Shown: positions 25,176 through 38,149, counted from the first letter of the stretch. The stretch is DNA of 64,000 bases from an uncultured Acidimicrobiia bacterium (GCA_903921205.1 CAIXPF010000139.1:7733-71732), one strand, 5' to 3'. Made by a program: numbers and translations. Notes: generated by a model from the letters alone, not told the origin.

Positions 25176-25841
25176 TCAGATCCCCGGGGTGGAGAACAGG
25201 GGTCGCTTCGCCGGTACCCCATCACGGCGCGGAAATCGCTCGTTGCAGGTGACCCGGGCTTCGAGTACCGCATAGTGGAACGGTGCGCCTGGACCACCAT
25301 GCAGGTCGACCAGTCCAAGGCCGAGTTCGGCCAGGCCGGCGGCCGGCCACCGCTCCGCACCAGGCGGAGGTTCACTCACCACCAGCCTCCCGCCTACGGC
25401 GAGAAAAGGTGCGCCACACTCGGCCGTGGTTGCCGGAGGCCCAAAGGACCGGGCTACGACGAGATCGAATCCGTGACGGAGGTCGGTCTGACGGCCGGCC
25501 ACCTCTGCTCGGGCAGTGAGCACCTCGGCCCGTCCCTCCAACCCCAACCGGACGACTGCTTCTTCAAGAAAGGCCGTGCGCCGGCGCTGGGCATCGAGGA
25601 GGACCAGGTGGAGATGGGGGAGTGCGACGAGGAGAACCAGGCCGGGAACACCACCGCCAGAGCCCAAATCGAGGGCTCTGGCGGGTGCAGATGAACGAAC
25701 GAGTTCTGCAAGGTCGAGGGCATGCTCGATATGAGCCTGCACCGGACCCGGGCCGAGGAACCCGAGAGTGCGGGATTCCTCGAGGACGTTGATCAGGGCC
25801 TGCTCGACCTCGGGGTCGAGCGTCGGCGGTTGGCCACTCAC
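25176..25841 (-). CDS. rsmG: 16S rRNA (guanine527-N7)-methyltransferase RsmG/GidB
   Basis: SAM motif ALDLGSGGGVPGLVL and the conserved position after jag. Confidence 0.9.
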   Translation of the reverse strand: MSGQPPTLDPEVEQALINVLEESRTLGFLGPGPVQAHIEHALDLAELVRSSAPARALDLGSGGGVPGLVLLVALPHLHLVLLDAQRRRTAFLEEAVVRLGLEGRAEVLTARAEVAGRQTDLRHGFDLVVARSFGPPATTAECGAPFLAVGGRLVVSEPPPGAERWPAAGLAELGLGLVDLHGGPGAPFHYAVLEARVTCNERFPRRDGVPAKRPLFSTPGI

Positions 25842-26818
25842 GAACCGGGGACGATCACCACCCGGCGACGGGGATCCTCGCCCTCGGACAACGTCGACAC
25901 CCCTTCGAGGGTGCCCACCACGTCGTGAACCACCTTGCGGTCTGCCGAGTTCATCGGCTCGAGTGCTTTCACCTGACCGGTCTCGCGAACCTCTTCGGCG
26001 AGCTTCAGCGCGAACCGCTCCAGTGCCTCCCGGCGACGCTGGCGGTAACCGGCAATGTCAACCCGCAGGCGGCTCTCGCCTCGACCACCGCTACGACGCT
26101 GGGCGACCACCCGGGCGAGTTCCTGGATCGAGTCCAACGCCCCGGCGCGCGGGCCGATGAGAATGCCGAGATCCTTTCCGACGACGCGCACCTCGTCGTA
26201 GTTCTCATCAACGGTGGCGGAGCTCACGCTCGCCTCGAGGCCGAACGCCTCGACCAAACCGGTCAGGAACTCGACGGCATGCTCGGTCTGACGCCCGTCA
26301 TCGGCGGGCCCGGCGTTACGGTCTTCCTCGGACATGGCGCTCAACGGTTCCTCTCGGTTCACTCGCTCATTCGGAGCGGCGGATGGTTCGGGGCGGTTTC
26401 CGGCGGAGACCGGTACTGGTGCTTGGGGGCTCGAGTCCTCGGCTCCCACGGCATCGGAGCTGCTGTTCGAGCGGGCGGACCGAGTGCCACCGGACGAGCG
26501 GGTGCGACCTTTACTGTTCCGGTCGCCACGGTCGCCCGAGGACTTCTCGCCACCGGTACCTTCGTTGGAACGGCCTTCTCCGCGGGAGCCGTCCCGGGAG
26601 GTGCGGCGCTTGCGGTCGCGCCGCTCCGCCTTCGGCCTCGGTTGAGTCGGCTTGATCCGGGCGCGAACCCGGGCTTCACCCTTGACCCGTCGGAACAAAC
26701 CGACCCTGGGCTCCTCGAGCACCTCGAACTCGGCTTGCGCCTCGTCGACACCGAGATAGTCGAGTGCCTTGTCCTTGGCCTCAGCCAGGGTCTTACCCGT
26801 TACTTCAACCCACTCCAC
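25838..26818 (-). CDS. jag: Jag/KhpB RNA-binding protein (Jag_N, KH, R3H)
   Basis: N-terminus VEWVEVTGKTLAEAKDKALDYLGV (Jag_N). C-terminal R3H block PMNSADRKVVHDVV...STLSEGEDPRRRVVI. GTG 26816-26818 lies 4 nt after the yidC stop, with GGAGG upstream. Confidence 0.85.
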   Translation of the reverse strand: MEWVEVTGKTLAEAKDKALDYLGVDEAQAEFEVLEEPRVGLFRRVKGEARVRARIKPTQPRPKAERRDRKRRTSRDGSRGEGRSNEGTGGEKSSGDRGDRNSKGRTRSSGGTRSARSNSSSDAVGAEDSSPQAPVPVSAGNRPEPSAAPNERVNREEPLSAMSEEDRNAGPADDGRQTEHAVEFLTGLVEAFGLEASVSSATVDENYDEVRVVGKDLGILIGPRAGALDSIQELARVVAQRRSGGRGESRLRVDIAGYRQRRREALERFALKLAEEVRETGQVKALEPMNSADRKVVHDVVGTLEGVSTLSEGEDPRRRVVIVPGS

Positions 26819-26822
26819 AGTT

Positions 26823-27881
26823 TCATGACCTCCACTTCTTGCGCGAAGTTTCAGGCTGATCCGCGGAAGGAGCGGTCCCGTTCGTGGGCCCGTTCGGTGT
26901 CCGGCGACGCTTGTTGTCACCGCTGGCGGGAGCGGAGTTCTTCCGCCGGCCTGGTGGCGTGCCCGGACGCTTCATCTCCGAGGACTTGCCCTTGGCCGGG
27001 GTGACCCGGCCGCTCACCTGCTTGGCCGGCGTACCGTCCTTGCTGCCGCCCGCCTTCTTGGCATCGCCGGCGGACTTGACCGGCTTGGCCTTGACCTCGA
27101 TCACCGCGGCCCCACCGTCAGTCTTCTTGCCGCCGAAGCCGAGCCAACCCATCTGGTAGTACTTCTGGGAGATGTAGCCCTGGGTCGCCACCCGACAGAG
27201 ATTCGAGGTGACCCAGTAGATGCTCAGCGCGGCTGGGAACATCACGGCGGTCAGCGAGAAAATCGGAATGACCCGCATCATCATCCGCTGCTGAGGGTTC
27301 ATGGCTTCGGGGTTACGGCCCGACACCTGGCGTTGTTGCAGGTAGGACGTGCTCACCCACAGCCCGATCAGCACCAGGTAGGGGAGCGAGTGGATGAAAC
27401 CCTCGGTCTTCAACACGTTCAGCGGCGTCTTCTCGAGGTCGAGGCCCAGGAACATCATCTGGGTGGAACCCTTGAGCGACTGGTAGAGCGCAGTGCTGGG
27501 GGAGAGGTACAGCGGGTCGAACGTTCCATCGGGCCCGAGGTGGGTAAGGCCCTTGACCACCCGGAAGAGCACCAAGAAAATCGGCATCTGGATGAGCAGC
27601 GGCAAGCAGCTGCCCATGGGGTTGATGTCGTTCTCCTTGTAGAACTTGAGCATCTCCTCGTTGAGCTTCTGCCGGTCGTCCCGGTACTCCTGCTGGAGAC
27701 GGCGCATCTCTGGCTGCATCCGCTGCATCGCCATCATCGACTTGGTGCCCTTGAGCGTCAGCGGGGTCACCACCGCCATCACCGTGATGGTCAGCAGGAT
27801 GATGGACAACCCATAGGAATGGGTGAGATCGAAAAAGAAGGCCAGAACCCAGGCCAACCCTTCGAACAAACCATTGAACAT
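26823..27881 (-). CDS. yidC: membrane protein insertase YidC
   Basis: GLSIILLTITVMAVVTPLTLK, MQPEMRRLQQEYRDDRQKLNEEMLKFYKENDINPMGSCLPLLIQMPIF. Basic Lys/Arg-rich C-terminal tail. Confidence 0.93.
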   Translation of the reverse strand: MFNGLFEGLAWVLAFFFDLTHSYGLSIILLTITVMAVVTPLTLKGTKSMMAMQRMQPEMRRLQQEYRDDRQKLNEEMLKFYKENDINPMGSCLPLLIQMPIFLVLFRVVKGLTHLGPDGTFDPLYLSPSTALYQSLKGSTQMMFLGLDLEKTPLNVLKTEGFIHSLPYLVLIGLWVSTSYLQQRQVSGRNPEAMNPQQRMMMRVIPIFSLTAVMFPAALSIYWVTSNLCRVATQGYISQKYYQMGWLGFGGKKTDGGAAVIEVKAKPVKSAGDAKKAGGSKDGTPAKQVSGRVTPAKGKSSEMKRPGTPPGRRKNSAPASGDNKRRRTPNGPTNGTAPSADQPETSRKKWRS

Positions 27882-28133
27882 CTAGCGAACCTTCCGCTTG
27901 GGAACAGGGTCCTCGCCGTGAGGCCCCCAAGGATGACAACGGAGAAGCCGGCGGGTGCCGAGCCATCCTCCCCGCACGGCGCCGTGGACCTCAAGCGCCT
28001 CGAGCATGTAGGACGAGCAAGAAGGAACGTAGCGACACGGGGAGGGACGCCAGGAGAAGACCGTCTGATATCCCTCCACGAGACCGATCAGAACCCGGAC
28101 GACGAGCGAGGGCCGCAGTGCCGGCTCACCCAC
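27882..28133 (-). CDS. yidD: membrane protein insertion efficiency factor YidD
   Basis: [30 protein letters not shown]...RLLRCHPW signature. GTG 28131-28133 overlaps the rnpA stop (GTGGGTGA). Its stop abuts the yidC ATG (TAGATG). Confidence 0.85.
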   Translation of the reverse strand: MGEPALRPSLVVRVLIGLVEGYQTVFSWRPSPCRYVPSCSSYMLEALEVHGAVRGGWLGTRRLLRCHPWGPHGEDPVPKRKVR

Positions 28134-28476
28134 GGCGACAGGCCCGTTCGACGACGCAGGCGACGAGGCGCTCGACCTCCGGAAACGGCAACTCGGCGAC
28201 ACCGACGTCCGCTGCGAACAGGTACGCGCCATGTGGGAGCGCCTCGGGACCAAATCGGTCGAGTTCGACGAGCGCGGCTCGCAACCGTCGGCGTATCCGG
28301 TTTCGGACCACTGCCGAGCCGACCTTGCGGTTGATCGCATAGGCCACTCTTGCATGTCCGCTCTGGGCAGAGGTATCGACGGACCGGATGAAGCGCAGTC
28401 GCAGTGGTCCGCAGGAGGCACGTTGCCCCCGTCCGAAGCCGGCGAAGGTCGCCCGGTCCCGGATGCCGTCGATCAA
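28126..28476 (-). CDS. rnpA: ribonuclease P protein component
   Basis: RNR-type basic block [23 protein letters not shown]. Start proposed at TTG 28474-28476, overlapping the rpmH stop (TTGA). The longer ORF would be antisense-overlapped by rpmH. Confidence 0.82.
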   Translation of the reverse strand: MIDGIRDRATFAGFGRGQRASCGPLRLRFIRSVDTSAQSGHARVAYAINRKVGSAVVRNRIRRRLRAALVELDRFGPEALPHGAYLFAADVGVAELPFPEVERLVACVVERACRRG

Positions 28477-28607
28477 GCCGACAGACGAGCGCGGCCCTGG
28501 CGACGACGCGCCCGGAGAACCGCACGGCCCGATCGGGTCGCCATCCGGGTACGGAAGCCGTGCTTCTTGGCCCGACGGCGATTGTTGGGCTGGAAGGTCC
28601 TCTTCAT
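28473..28607 (-). CDS. rpmH: 50S ribosomal protein L34
   Basis: [44 protein letters not shown] is canonical L34. GAGGACGAGG lies upstream of ATG 28605-28607. Confidence 0.96.
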   Translation of the reverse strand: MKRTFQPNNRRRAKKHGFRTRMATRSGRAVLRARRRQGRARLSA

Positions 28608-28900
28608 GGTCTGCCTCGTCCTCTCGATCCCCGGAGCCACCCGGCGCCGAGGCCGGTGCACCGACGCCGCAGGGCGCCGACCAGGGAATACGTGCGCGCA
28701 CAGGGGGCGCGCAACTACCGGTTTGTCAGCTTAGGGTGCCGTCGTCCACTGCGGCAACCGGAGCCACCCCGCTCGTGCACAGGCCGGGACGCGGTGGTAG
28801 CTTGCACGCCGCTCTGGTCGAACGGGCAGGTCACCGATCGACGGGCGAGCCACTGGAACGTGCAACAGGCGGAACCAACCGGCAACGGTCATTTTGCTGG

Positions 28901-28932
28901 TCCTCCACACCTGTGGATATCCCTGTGGAAAT
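28901..28932. promoter_or_regulatory. DnaA-box cluster in the rpmH-dnaA spacer (dnaA promoter region)
   Basis: tcctccaca (28901-28909), tgtggatat (28912-28920, rc ATATCCACA) and tgtggaaat (28924-28932, rc ATTTCCACA) fall within 32 bp, about 60-90 nt upstream of the dnaA ATG. Confidence 0.6.
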
Positions 28933-28990
28933 GAGCTGACCCGGAGACCGCCTTGCCGAGCACGAGCTACTCGAACGACGAGGCGTCACG

Positions 28991-30388
28991 ATGACCGATG
29001 CTCGTGCTCTCTGGGATGCCTCGGCCGCATCGCTGCGCAACGAGGTCTCCGAAGCAGTTTGGCAAACCACGTTCAATCTCGTGACGCCGCTCGATTTCGA
29101 CGGACGCCATCTACGGCTCGGGGTACCGAACTCGCTGGTGAAAGAGCGCTTCGAGGGTCGTTTCCGTTCCTTGGTGAACGACGCCCTCGAGACCTCCGGT
29201 TGGCCCGGCGTCGAGGTGGTTGTCCAGGTCAACCAGGCGAACCCCGAGCCAGCCGAACCGAACGACCAGACCCCTGCCGGGGCGTGGGTGGGGACCCGCC
29301 GCGCACCGGAGCCGGAACCGCTCCGCGAGCCGGTCGGCGAACGCGCCCTGAGCGACGACGGGGTCAATCCCCGGTACACCTTCGAAGCGTTCGTGACCGG
29401 CAGTTCGAACCGGTTCGCCCAGGCTGCCGCCCTGTCGGTGGCCGAGCTGCCCGCCCGCTCGTACAACCCGCTGTTCATCTACGGCGACGCGGGACTCGGC
29501 AAGACCCACCTGTTGCAAGCCATCGCCCACTACGTGCGGGAGAACTACCGCAACTACCAGGTCCGTTATGTATCGACCGAGACCTTCCTGAACCAGTACG
29601 TCGACGCCATCCGCTCCGGTACCCCGCAGGAGTTCAAGCGTCGCTACCGGGAAATGGACGTCCTGCTCGTCGACGACATCCAGTTCATGGAAGGCAAGGA
29701 AGGCCTCCAGGAGGAGTTCTTCCACACCTTCAACTACCTCTACGAAGCCAACCGGCAGATCGTGCTCAGTTCCGACCGACCCCCTGACGCGATCTCCACG
29801 CTCGAGGATCGCCTCCGGAGTCGGTTCAAGATGGGGCTGATCACCGACATCCAACCGCCTGACCTCGAGACCCGTTTGGCGATTCTCCGGAAAAAGGCCG
29901 AACAGGCTTCCGGGCCGATCAGCCCCGACGTGCTCGAGTTCATCGCCTCCAACATCACGAACAACATCCGCGAGCTCGAAGGTGCGCTGATCCGGGTTGC
30001 GGCCTATGCCAGCCTCAATCGCGAGTCGTTGTCAGTCGAACTCGCCGAGCGGGTGCTCGCAGACTCGCTCCGCGACAAAGGACCACGCATCATCACCCCG
30101 GATCTGATCCTGGAGATGACCTGCACCCGCTTCGCCTTCTCACTCGAGGAGATCAAGGGCAAGAGCCGGCGACGGCCCCTGGTGGCCGCTCGCCAGGTGG
30201 CCATGTACGTCATGCGCGAGCTGACGGACCTGTCCTACCCCGCCATCGCCCGTGAGTTCGGCGGGCGCGATCACACCACCGTCATTCATGCCGTGGACAA
30301 GATCAGCTCCCAGATGCAGGAACGCCGCCAAACCTACGATCAGGTGACCGAGCTCATCACCGCACTGCGCAGCGGCGGGGGACGATGA
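28991..30388 (+). CDS. dnaA: chromosomal replication initiator DnaA
   Basis: AAA+ Walker [23 protein letters not shown], sensor blocks, and the C-terminal DNA-binding motif DHTTVIHA. Confidence 0.97.
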   Translation: MTDARALWDASAASLRNEVSEAVWQTTFNLVTPLDFDGRHLRLGVPNSLVKERFEGRFRSLVNDALETSGWPGVEVVVQVNQANPEPAEPNDQTPAGAWVGTRRAPEPEPLREPVGERALSDDGVNPRYTFEAFVTGSSNRFAQAAALSVAELPARSYNPLFIYGDAGLGKTHLLQAIAHYVRENYRNYQVRYVSTETFLNQYVDAIRSGTPQEFKRRYREMDVLLVDDIQFMEGKEGLQEEFFHTFNYLYEANRQIVLSSDRPPDAISTLEDRLRSRFKMGLITDIQPPDLETRLAILRKKAEQASGPISPDVLEFIASNITNNIRELEGALIRVAAYASLNRESLSVELAERVLADSLRDKGPRIITPDLILEMTCTRFAFSLEEIKGKSRRRPLVAARQVAMYVMRELTDLSYPAIAREFGGRDHTTVIHAVDKISSQMQERRQTYDQVTELITALRSGGGR

Positions 30389-30683
30389 CCCCGTCAAGAC
30401 CCTGTCACCACGGTTCGTGGCGCGCGCTTCACCCACATGTTGTGGTTTGTTCTGTGGACAACCTCTCCCCGAAGTTGGGGACGCGCCGTGGACGATGCTC
30501 GGTGCATCCACAACGCACACAGGGACAACCCGCCAGGCTGTGTATGACGGTGGATGACCGTCGCACAACCGAAGGGCATCTGACCTGGGGAAATCATCGG
30601 TTGTCCACAATCCCCAGGTCTTATTACCAGGACTATCCGTATACACATCGATTCCCTTATCTGAATCGGGAAGGGACAGCGGG
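30389..30683. promoter_or_regulatory. oriC candidate (dnaA-dnaN spacer with DnaA boxes and an A/T-richer segment)
   Basis: Perfect TTGTCCACA at 30601-30609 (+) and 30453-30461 (-). Weaker boxes: gcatccaca 30504-30512, ggtggatga 30549-30557, gtatacaca 30639-30647, cgtggacga 30487-30495. An A/T-richer tract lies at about 30620-30670. The strand of surrounding genes switches here. Confidence 0.75.
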
Positions 30684-31778
30684 ATGAAGTTTCGATGCGA
30701 ACGAGACGTTCTCGTCGACGCGTTGGCCACGGCCGGTCGAGCAGTGAGTTCACGGGGCGGCGCGTTGCCGGCACTCTCGGGTATCCGTACCGAACTCGTC
30801 GGCGACCTGCTCCGCCTGAGTGCCACGGATCTCGAGCTGTCCATCTCGGTCGAGATCGAGGTGGCGGGGCTCGAGGACGGGGTCGCGGTCATTCCCGCCC
30901 GGCTCTTCGTCGACATCGTGCGGGCGCTCGACGCCGGCGCAGTGGTGGTCGAGATCCGCGACGACCAGGCCCAGGTCAGCTCCGGACGCTCGAACTTCTC
31001 GTTGCGGCTGATTCTGGCGGACGACTTCCCGCGTGCTACCGACATCGACGTCGTGCCGCTTTCCGTCGACGCGAAGTCACTCGCGCAGGCGCTGCGACAG
31101 GTCGTGCCGGCGGCCTCCTCGGACGATTCGCGGCCGGTGTTGACCGGTGTTCACGTGGCGGCCGAGGCGGGCGGGCTGCGGCTCGTCGCCACGGACTCGT
31201 ACCGCTTGGCGGTTCGCGACCTGGTGGACGCGCCGGTGCTCGCTGAGGGCCAGGACGTGCTGCTGCCGTCGCGGGCGCTGGCCGAGCTGACCCGGTTGTT
31301 GTCCGGGGCGGGCACGGTCGATTTGCGGCTGGGGGAGCGAGAGGCCTCCTTCGAGTGCGGCCGGAGTCGGTTGACCACCCGTCTGATCGAGGGCTCCTTC
31401 CCGAACTACCGGACCCTCATCCCGCGCAATCACCCCAACCGGCTCACGGTGGGCCGTGAGGTGTTGTTGGACGCCGTCCGACGGGTCCGGCTGCTCGCGC
31501 GGGAGTCCACACCGATTCGGTTGGTCCAGAAGTCCGATGGCCTCGAGTTGCTGGCCATGACCCAGGACGTCGGTCAGGCCCACGAAACCGTCGATGCGAG
31601 CTATGTCGGCACCGAGCTCACGGTGGCCTTCAACCCGGACTACCTGATGGCCGGGCTCGAGGCGACCGGAGCGGACGAGGTCGTACTGGAGAGCCTCGAT
31701 GCGCGCAACCCTGCGGTGCTGCGTGGTGTCGGCAACGAGGATTTCTTCTACTTGCTGATGCCGGTACGAGTCTCCTGA
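30684..31778 (+). CDS. dnaN: DNA polymerase III beta sliding clamp
   Basis: MKFRCERDVLVDAL opening and a 364-aa three-domain length. Position directly after dnaA/oriC. Confidence 0.96.
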   Translation: MKFRCERDVLVDALATAGRAVSSRGGALPALSGIRTELVGDLLRLSATDLELSISVEIEVAGLEDGVAVIPARLFVDIVRALDAGAVVVEIRDDQAQVSSGRSNFSLRLILADDFPRATDIDVVPLSVDAKSLAQALRQVVPAASSDDSRPVLTGVHVAAEAGGLRLVATDSYRLAVRDLVDAPVLAEGQDVLLPSRALAELTRLLSGAGTVDLRLGEREASFECGRSRLTTRLIEGSFPNYRTLIPRNHPNRLTVGREVLLDAVRRVRLLARESTPIRLVQKSDGLELLAMTQDVGQAHETVDASYVGTELTVAFNPDYLMAGLEATGADEVVLESLDARNPAVLRGVGNEDFFYLLMPVRVS

Positions 31779-31830
31779 ATGCCCGCCCCGGGGTCGGTAG
31801 GGACGTGATGATCGGGGGGCGTGGCGAACC

Positions 31831-32919
31831 GTGTACCTGCAGCGCCTGAGCCTGCACCAGTTCCGCAGTTATGAGCAGGCCGAGCTGGAGTTCTCTCCAG
31901 GGCTGACCGCGTTGGTTGGCCGCAACGGGCAGGGCAAGACCAACGTCCTGGAAGCAATCGCCTACCTCGCCTCGTTCCGCTCGTTCCGGGCGCCCACCAC
32001 CGAGGTCATGATCCGCGACGGTCAACCGGCCGCGCACATCCGGGCCGAGGGTCTGCGCCGTGGTGATCGCGAGGTGTTGCTCGAGGCCGAGATCAACCGG
32101 GCCGGCCGGAATCGGGTCCAGGTGAACGGGCAACGTCTCAACCGCCCGCGCGAAGCCCTCGGTGTGCTGCAGGTGACGGTGTTCGCTCCCGACGACCTCG
32201 CCATCGTGAAGGAGGGACCCCAGCTGCGCAGAACGTTGCTCGACGAGCTGATCGTGGCCCTCGATCCTCGGGCCGACGCCGCGCTGAGCACGTTCGATCG
32301 CGTGTTGCGTCAACGAAACGCCCTGCTCAAGCAGTGTGCAGGGCGTCTCGACGACGGTGCGGCGCTGACGCTCGATGTGTGGGACGCCAAGATGGCCCCG
32401 GCGGCGGAGGCGGTGATGCAGGCCCGATCCGAGGTGGTGCTGGCATTGGAGCCGGAGGTGGCTTCGGGCTATCGCTCGCTGGCCGGTGCGGATGTGCCGG
32501 TCGAGATCAGGTATCGGCCGACGATGGTTCCGGGCACGGCGCCGGCCACCCTGGCGCACAACCGCAGCGAGGACGTACGTCGTGGGGTGACCACCGCCGG
32601 ACCCCATCGCGACGAGTTGGAGCTGATGCTGCGCGGCGCTGCGGTCCGGACCCATGGTTCCCAGGGTGAGCAGCGCAGTTTCGCCCTGGCCCTGAAGCTC
32701 GGCAGTCACCGTCTGGTGACCAGCCGGCTCGGCCGGCCGCCGTTGCTCCTCCTCGACGACGTGTTCTCCGAACTCGACCCGCAGCGATGTGACGCGCTGA
32801 TCGCCAACCTCCCGGTCGGACAGACCGTGCTGACCTCGGCCGACCGGCTGCCACGGACCGCCGTGGCGGACATCGTCCACCAGATCGCTGACGGGCAGAT
32901 CCGGCGGGTGGCCGGATGA
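31831..32919 (+). CDS. recF: DNA replication/repair protein RecF
   Basis: LSLHQFRSYE...GRNGQGKTNVLEAI Walker A, signature SQGEQRSFALALKL, and Walker B LLLDDVFSELD. Confidence 0.95.
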   Translation: MYLQRLSLHQFRSYEQAELEFSPGLTALVGRNGQGKTNVLEAIAYLASFRSFRAPTTEVMIRDGQPAAHIRAEGLRRGDREVLLEAEINRAGRNRVQVNGQRLNRPREALGVLQVTVFAPDDLAIVKEGPQLRRTLLDELIVALDPRADAALSTFDRVLRQRNALLKQCAGRLDDGAALTLDVWDAKMAPAAEAVMQARSEVVLALEPEVASGYRSLAGADVPVEIRYRPTMVPGTAPATLAHNRSEDVRRGVTTAGPHRDELELMLRGAAVRTHGSQGEQRSFALALKLGSHRLVTSRLGRPPLLLLDDVFSELDPQRCDALIANLPVGQTVLTSADRLPRTAVADIVHQIADGQIRRVAG

Positions 32920-33290
32920 GCGAGGACGAGTCGGCCCGGCGGCGATCGCCTCATCGGATCCCGCGCCGCGCGAGTGACGAGGAGGGCCATACGGTCGGCC
33001 CACCGCCACAGGCCGTCGGAGCTTCGTTGGAGCAGTTGGTGCGCCATCTCGGCTGGGGCCCCAAGACCCGGGCAGTAGGGGTGATCGCCGATTGGGAGCG
33101 GATAGTCGGTCCGGCCATCGCGGCGAATGCCCGCGCCGTTGCCAGCGACGGTTCAACCCTGGTCGTTGCGGTTGAGGATCCGGCCTGGGCTACTCAGCTG
33201 CGCTGGCTCGAGGCCGGGTTGCTCGATCGTCTGGCGGATGAGACCGGGGTGCGGTTCGAACGGCTGGTGATCCGTGTTCGGGCCCGGTGA
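32916..33290 (+). CDS. DUF721 / DciA-like protein (Rv0004 position)
   Basis: 4-nt overlap with recF. Core WERIVGPAIAANARAVASDGSTLVVAVEDPAWATQLRWL is typical of DUF721. recF-DUF721-gyrB synteny. Confidence 0.8.
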   Translation: MSEDESARRRSPHRIPRRASDEEGHTVGPPPQAVGASLEQLVRHLGWGPKTRAVGVIADWERIVGPAIAANARAVASDGSTLVVAVEDPAWATQLRWLEAGLLDRLADETGVRFERLVIRVRAR

Positions 33291-33532
33291 TCCGGCTGTG
33301 GGCAGGACCGTGTCCGGCGACACCAGGTACCCAGGTTCGGACGGTCGGCGCTGGTAGGATGAGTGGGCAGAGAACGGCTCGCGCGGTCGACGAGCAGCAG
33401 CCCTCAACAGCCCTTTCGGCCGTCGTGGAGCCCTGTTGCGACCCCGGCTCGTGGTGGGTTCGCCCAGCTACGAGGCAATCGCCTCGGCACGTCGGGTTCG
33501 CCGCCGCGGCGGAGGTCGTCCGGCGAAGGTGA

Positions 33533-35514
<1,982 letters not shown>

Positions 35515-35515
<1 letters not shown>

Positions 35516-38106
35516 TGAGCGACGTACCTCCCTCCGACGAACCGAACGGCGCTGCAGCCGAGCCCGCGACCGAGGCCGGTGACGACGGCGAACGTGTTGC
35601 CGTGCAGCTCATCGAGATCCAGGACGAGATGGAGCGCTCCTTCCTGGAGTACGCCATGTCGGTCATCATGTCCCGGGCGCTGCCCGATGCCAGGGACGGT
35701 CTCAAGCCGGTCCACCGCCGCATCCTGTGGAGCATGATCAGCGAGGGCTTCACCCCCAACCGCGGCCATGTGAAGTGCGCCCGGGTCGTCGGCGACGTGA
35801 TGGCCAAGTTCCACCCGCACGGCGACTCGGCGATCTATGACGCGCTGGTGCGCATGGCGCAGCCGTTCTCGTTGCGCGACCCGCTCATCGACTTCCACGG
35901 CAACTACGGCTCACCGGAATTCGGTCCGGCCGCAGCCCGCTACACCGAGTGCCGACTCTCGCCCCTGGCCATGCGGTTGCTCGACGGCATCGACGAGAAC
36001 ACCGTCGATCTGACCCCCAACTACGACGGCAAGGACGCCGAGCCGGTCGTGTTGCCGGCCCGGTTCCCGAACCTGCTGGTCAACGGCAGCCAGGGCATCG
36101 CCGTGGGTATGGCGACCAACATCCCGCCACACAACCTCGGCGAGGTGATCGACGCCACCGTCCACCTGATCGATCATCCGGATGCCACCCCCGACGACCT
36201 GATGCAGTTCGTCAAGGGCCCGGACTTCCCCACCGGGGCGCAGATCCTCGGTCGATCCGGGATTCTCGACGCGTACCGGACGGGTCGCGGGTCGGTCCGC
36301 ATGCGGGCCGACTGCGAGATCGAAGAAACCCGCCGCGGCATGCAGATCACCGTGACGGCGTTGCCGTACCAGACCTCGGCCGGTGCGATCGCCGTGCGTA
36401 TCAAGGAACTGGTCGACGCCCGCGAACTCGACGGCATCCGGGACATCAACGACGAGTCCTCGGGCGTGAACACCCGGCTGGTCATCGAGTTGAAGCGCGA
36501 CGCCAACCCGAACGTGGTGCTCAACAACCTCTACAAGCACACCCAGCTGCAGACCAGCTTCGGCGTGAACATGGTGGCACTGGTCGACGGCGTGCCCCGG
36601 ACCCTCAACCTGTCGTCCATCCTCCAGGCCTACGTCGCCCACCAGATCGAGGTCATCCGCCGGCGGAGCCAGTACCGGCTCGACAAGGCCATGGCCCGGG
36701 CCCACATCCTCGAGGGCCGCATCCGGGCCCTCGACATGATCGATGCGATCATCACGCTGATCCGCGGCTCGGAGGATCGTGCCTCGGCGCGATCGGCCCT
36801 GCAGGCCGAGCCCTTCAGCTTCAGCGAGATCCAGTCCGAGGACATCCTCGACCTGCGCCTGGCGCAATTGACCCGGCTGTCCCGAGCCGATCTCGAGGCC
36901 GAGTTGGCTCAGAAGCGCATCGAGATCGCCGAGCTCGAGGCCATCCTCGCCGATGACACGAAGCTCCGCTCGGTCATCAAGGACGAGTTGGCGTCGATCC
37001 GCAGCGAGTTCGCCACCCCGCGCAAGGCACGGTTGGTGGCCGATCCGGGCGAGATGGCCATCGAGGACCTCGTCGACGACAAGGAGCTGGTGGTCACGAT
37101 GACCGCCGCCGGCTACATCAAGTCGGTCGAGGCCCAGGTGTTCCGTACCCAGGGACGCGGCGGACGAGGCATCTCCGGTACCCGACTGCGCGACGAGGAC
37201 GTCGTCACGACCATTTTGTACACCTCGGCCCACGCCTACCTGCTGTTCTTCACGAACATCGGCCGGGTGTACCGACTGCGGGCCCACGAGGTGCCCGAGC
37301 GAGAGCGGACAGCCCGGGGGATCCCCATCGTCAACCTGCTGGAGTTGCAGGCCGGCGAGCACGTGCAGGCGGTGATCGACACCCGCGACTACGAGACCAA
37401 CCGGTACCTGTTCTTCGCGACCCGTAACGGCACGGTCAAGAAGACCCGGTTCACCGAGTACGACTCCTCGCTGCGTCGGGGCATCATCGCCATCGACCTA
37501 CGCGACGGCGACGAGTTGGTCCGAGTCATTCCCACCAACGGTGAGGACGACATCGTGATCGTGGGCCGATCCGGCCAGGCGATCCGGTTCAACGAGGACG
37601 AGGTCCGACCGATGGGTCGAGCTGCAGCCGGTGTCCGCGGCATGCGCCTGCGCAGCGGTGACGAGGTCGTGTCCTGCGACGTGGTCCGCAGCGGTGCCGA
37701 TCTGCTGATCGTGACCAACGCCGGCTACGGCAAGCGGACGGCGCTCGAGGAGTTCCGCCGCATCGGGCGCGGCAACCAGGGCGTGCGGGGCATCCGGACG
37801 ACCGAGCAGCGCGGCGGGGTGGCCTCGGCGATGATGGTCGGAGCCGACGACGACGTGCTGCTGGTGTCCTCCGGTGGGGTGACGATCCGCACCGCCGTCG
37901 CGGAGATCTCGCTGCAGAGCCGCGACGCCACCGGCGTGCGGATCATGAACGTCGGTGAGGACGAGCACGTTGCGGCCGTGGCTCTGGTGCTCCAGGCCGA
38001 GGACAGCTCGGACGACGACGGGTCATCTGACGAAGAAACGGGTGACGAGGCAGGTCTGAGCGTCCCCGCCGCCGAGGTGATGGGCGAGCCGTCAGGCGAC
38101 AGCTAG
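35515..38106 (+). CDS. gyrA: DNA gyrase subunit A
   Basis: [35 protein letters not shown], active-site AARYTECR, and GyrA box QGRGGRG in the C-terminal domain. ATG overlaps the gyrB stop. Confidence 0.97.
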
Positions 38107-38118
38107 TCCTGGTCGGGC

Positions 38119-38149
38119 CCCCGTCGGACGGCGTTCCCGTCCGACGGGG
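38119..38149 (+). terminator. strong hairpin after gyrA (terminator candidate, no U-tract)
   Basis: CCCCGTCGGACGG-cgttc-CCGTCCGACGGGG is a perfect 13-bp stem. It starts 13 nt after the gyrA stop. Confidence 0.55.

Noticed and set aside
24899-25375. 158-aa minus-strand ORF spanning the rsmG 3' end and the spacer
   Set aside because: Its first part overlaps rsmG out of frame and no motif is recognisable. It is kept only as a remark under the spacer finding, not as a gene.
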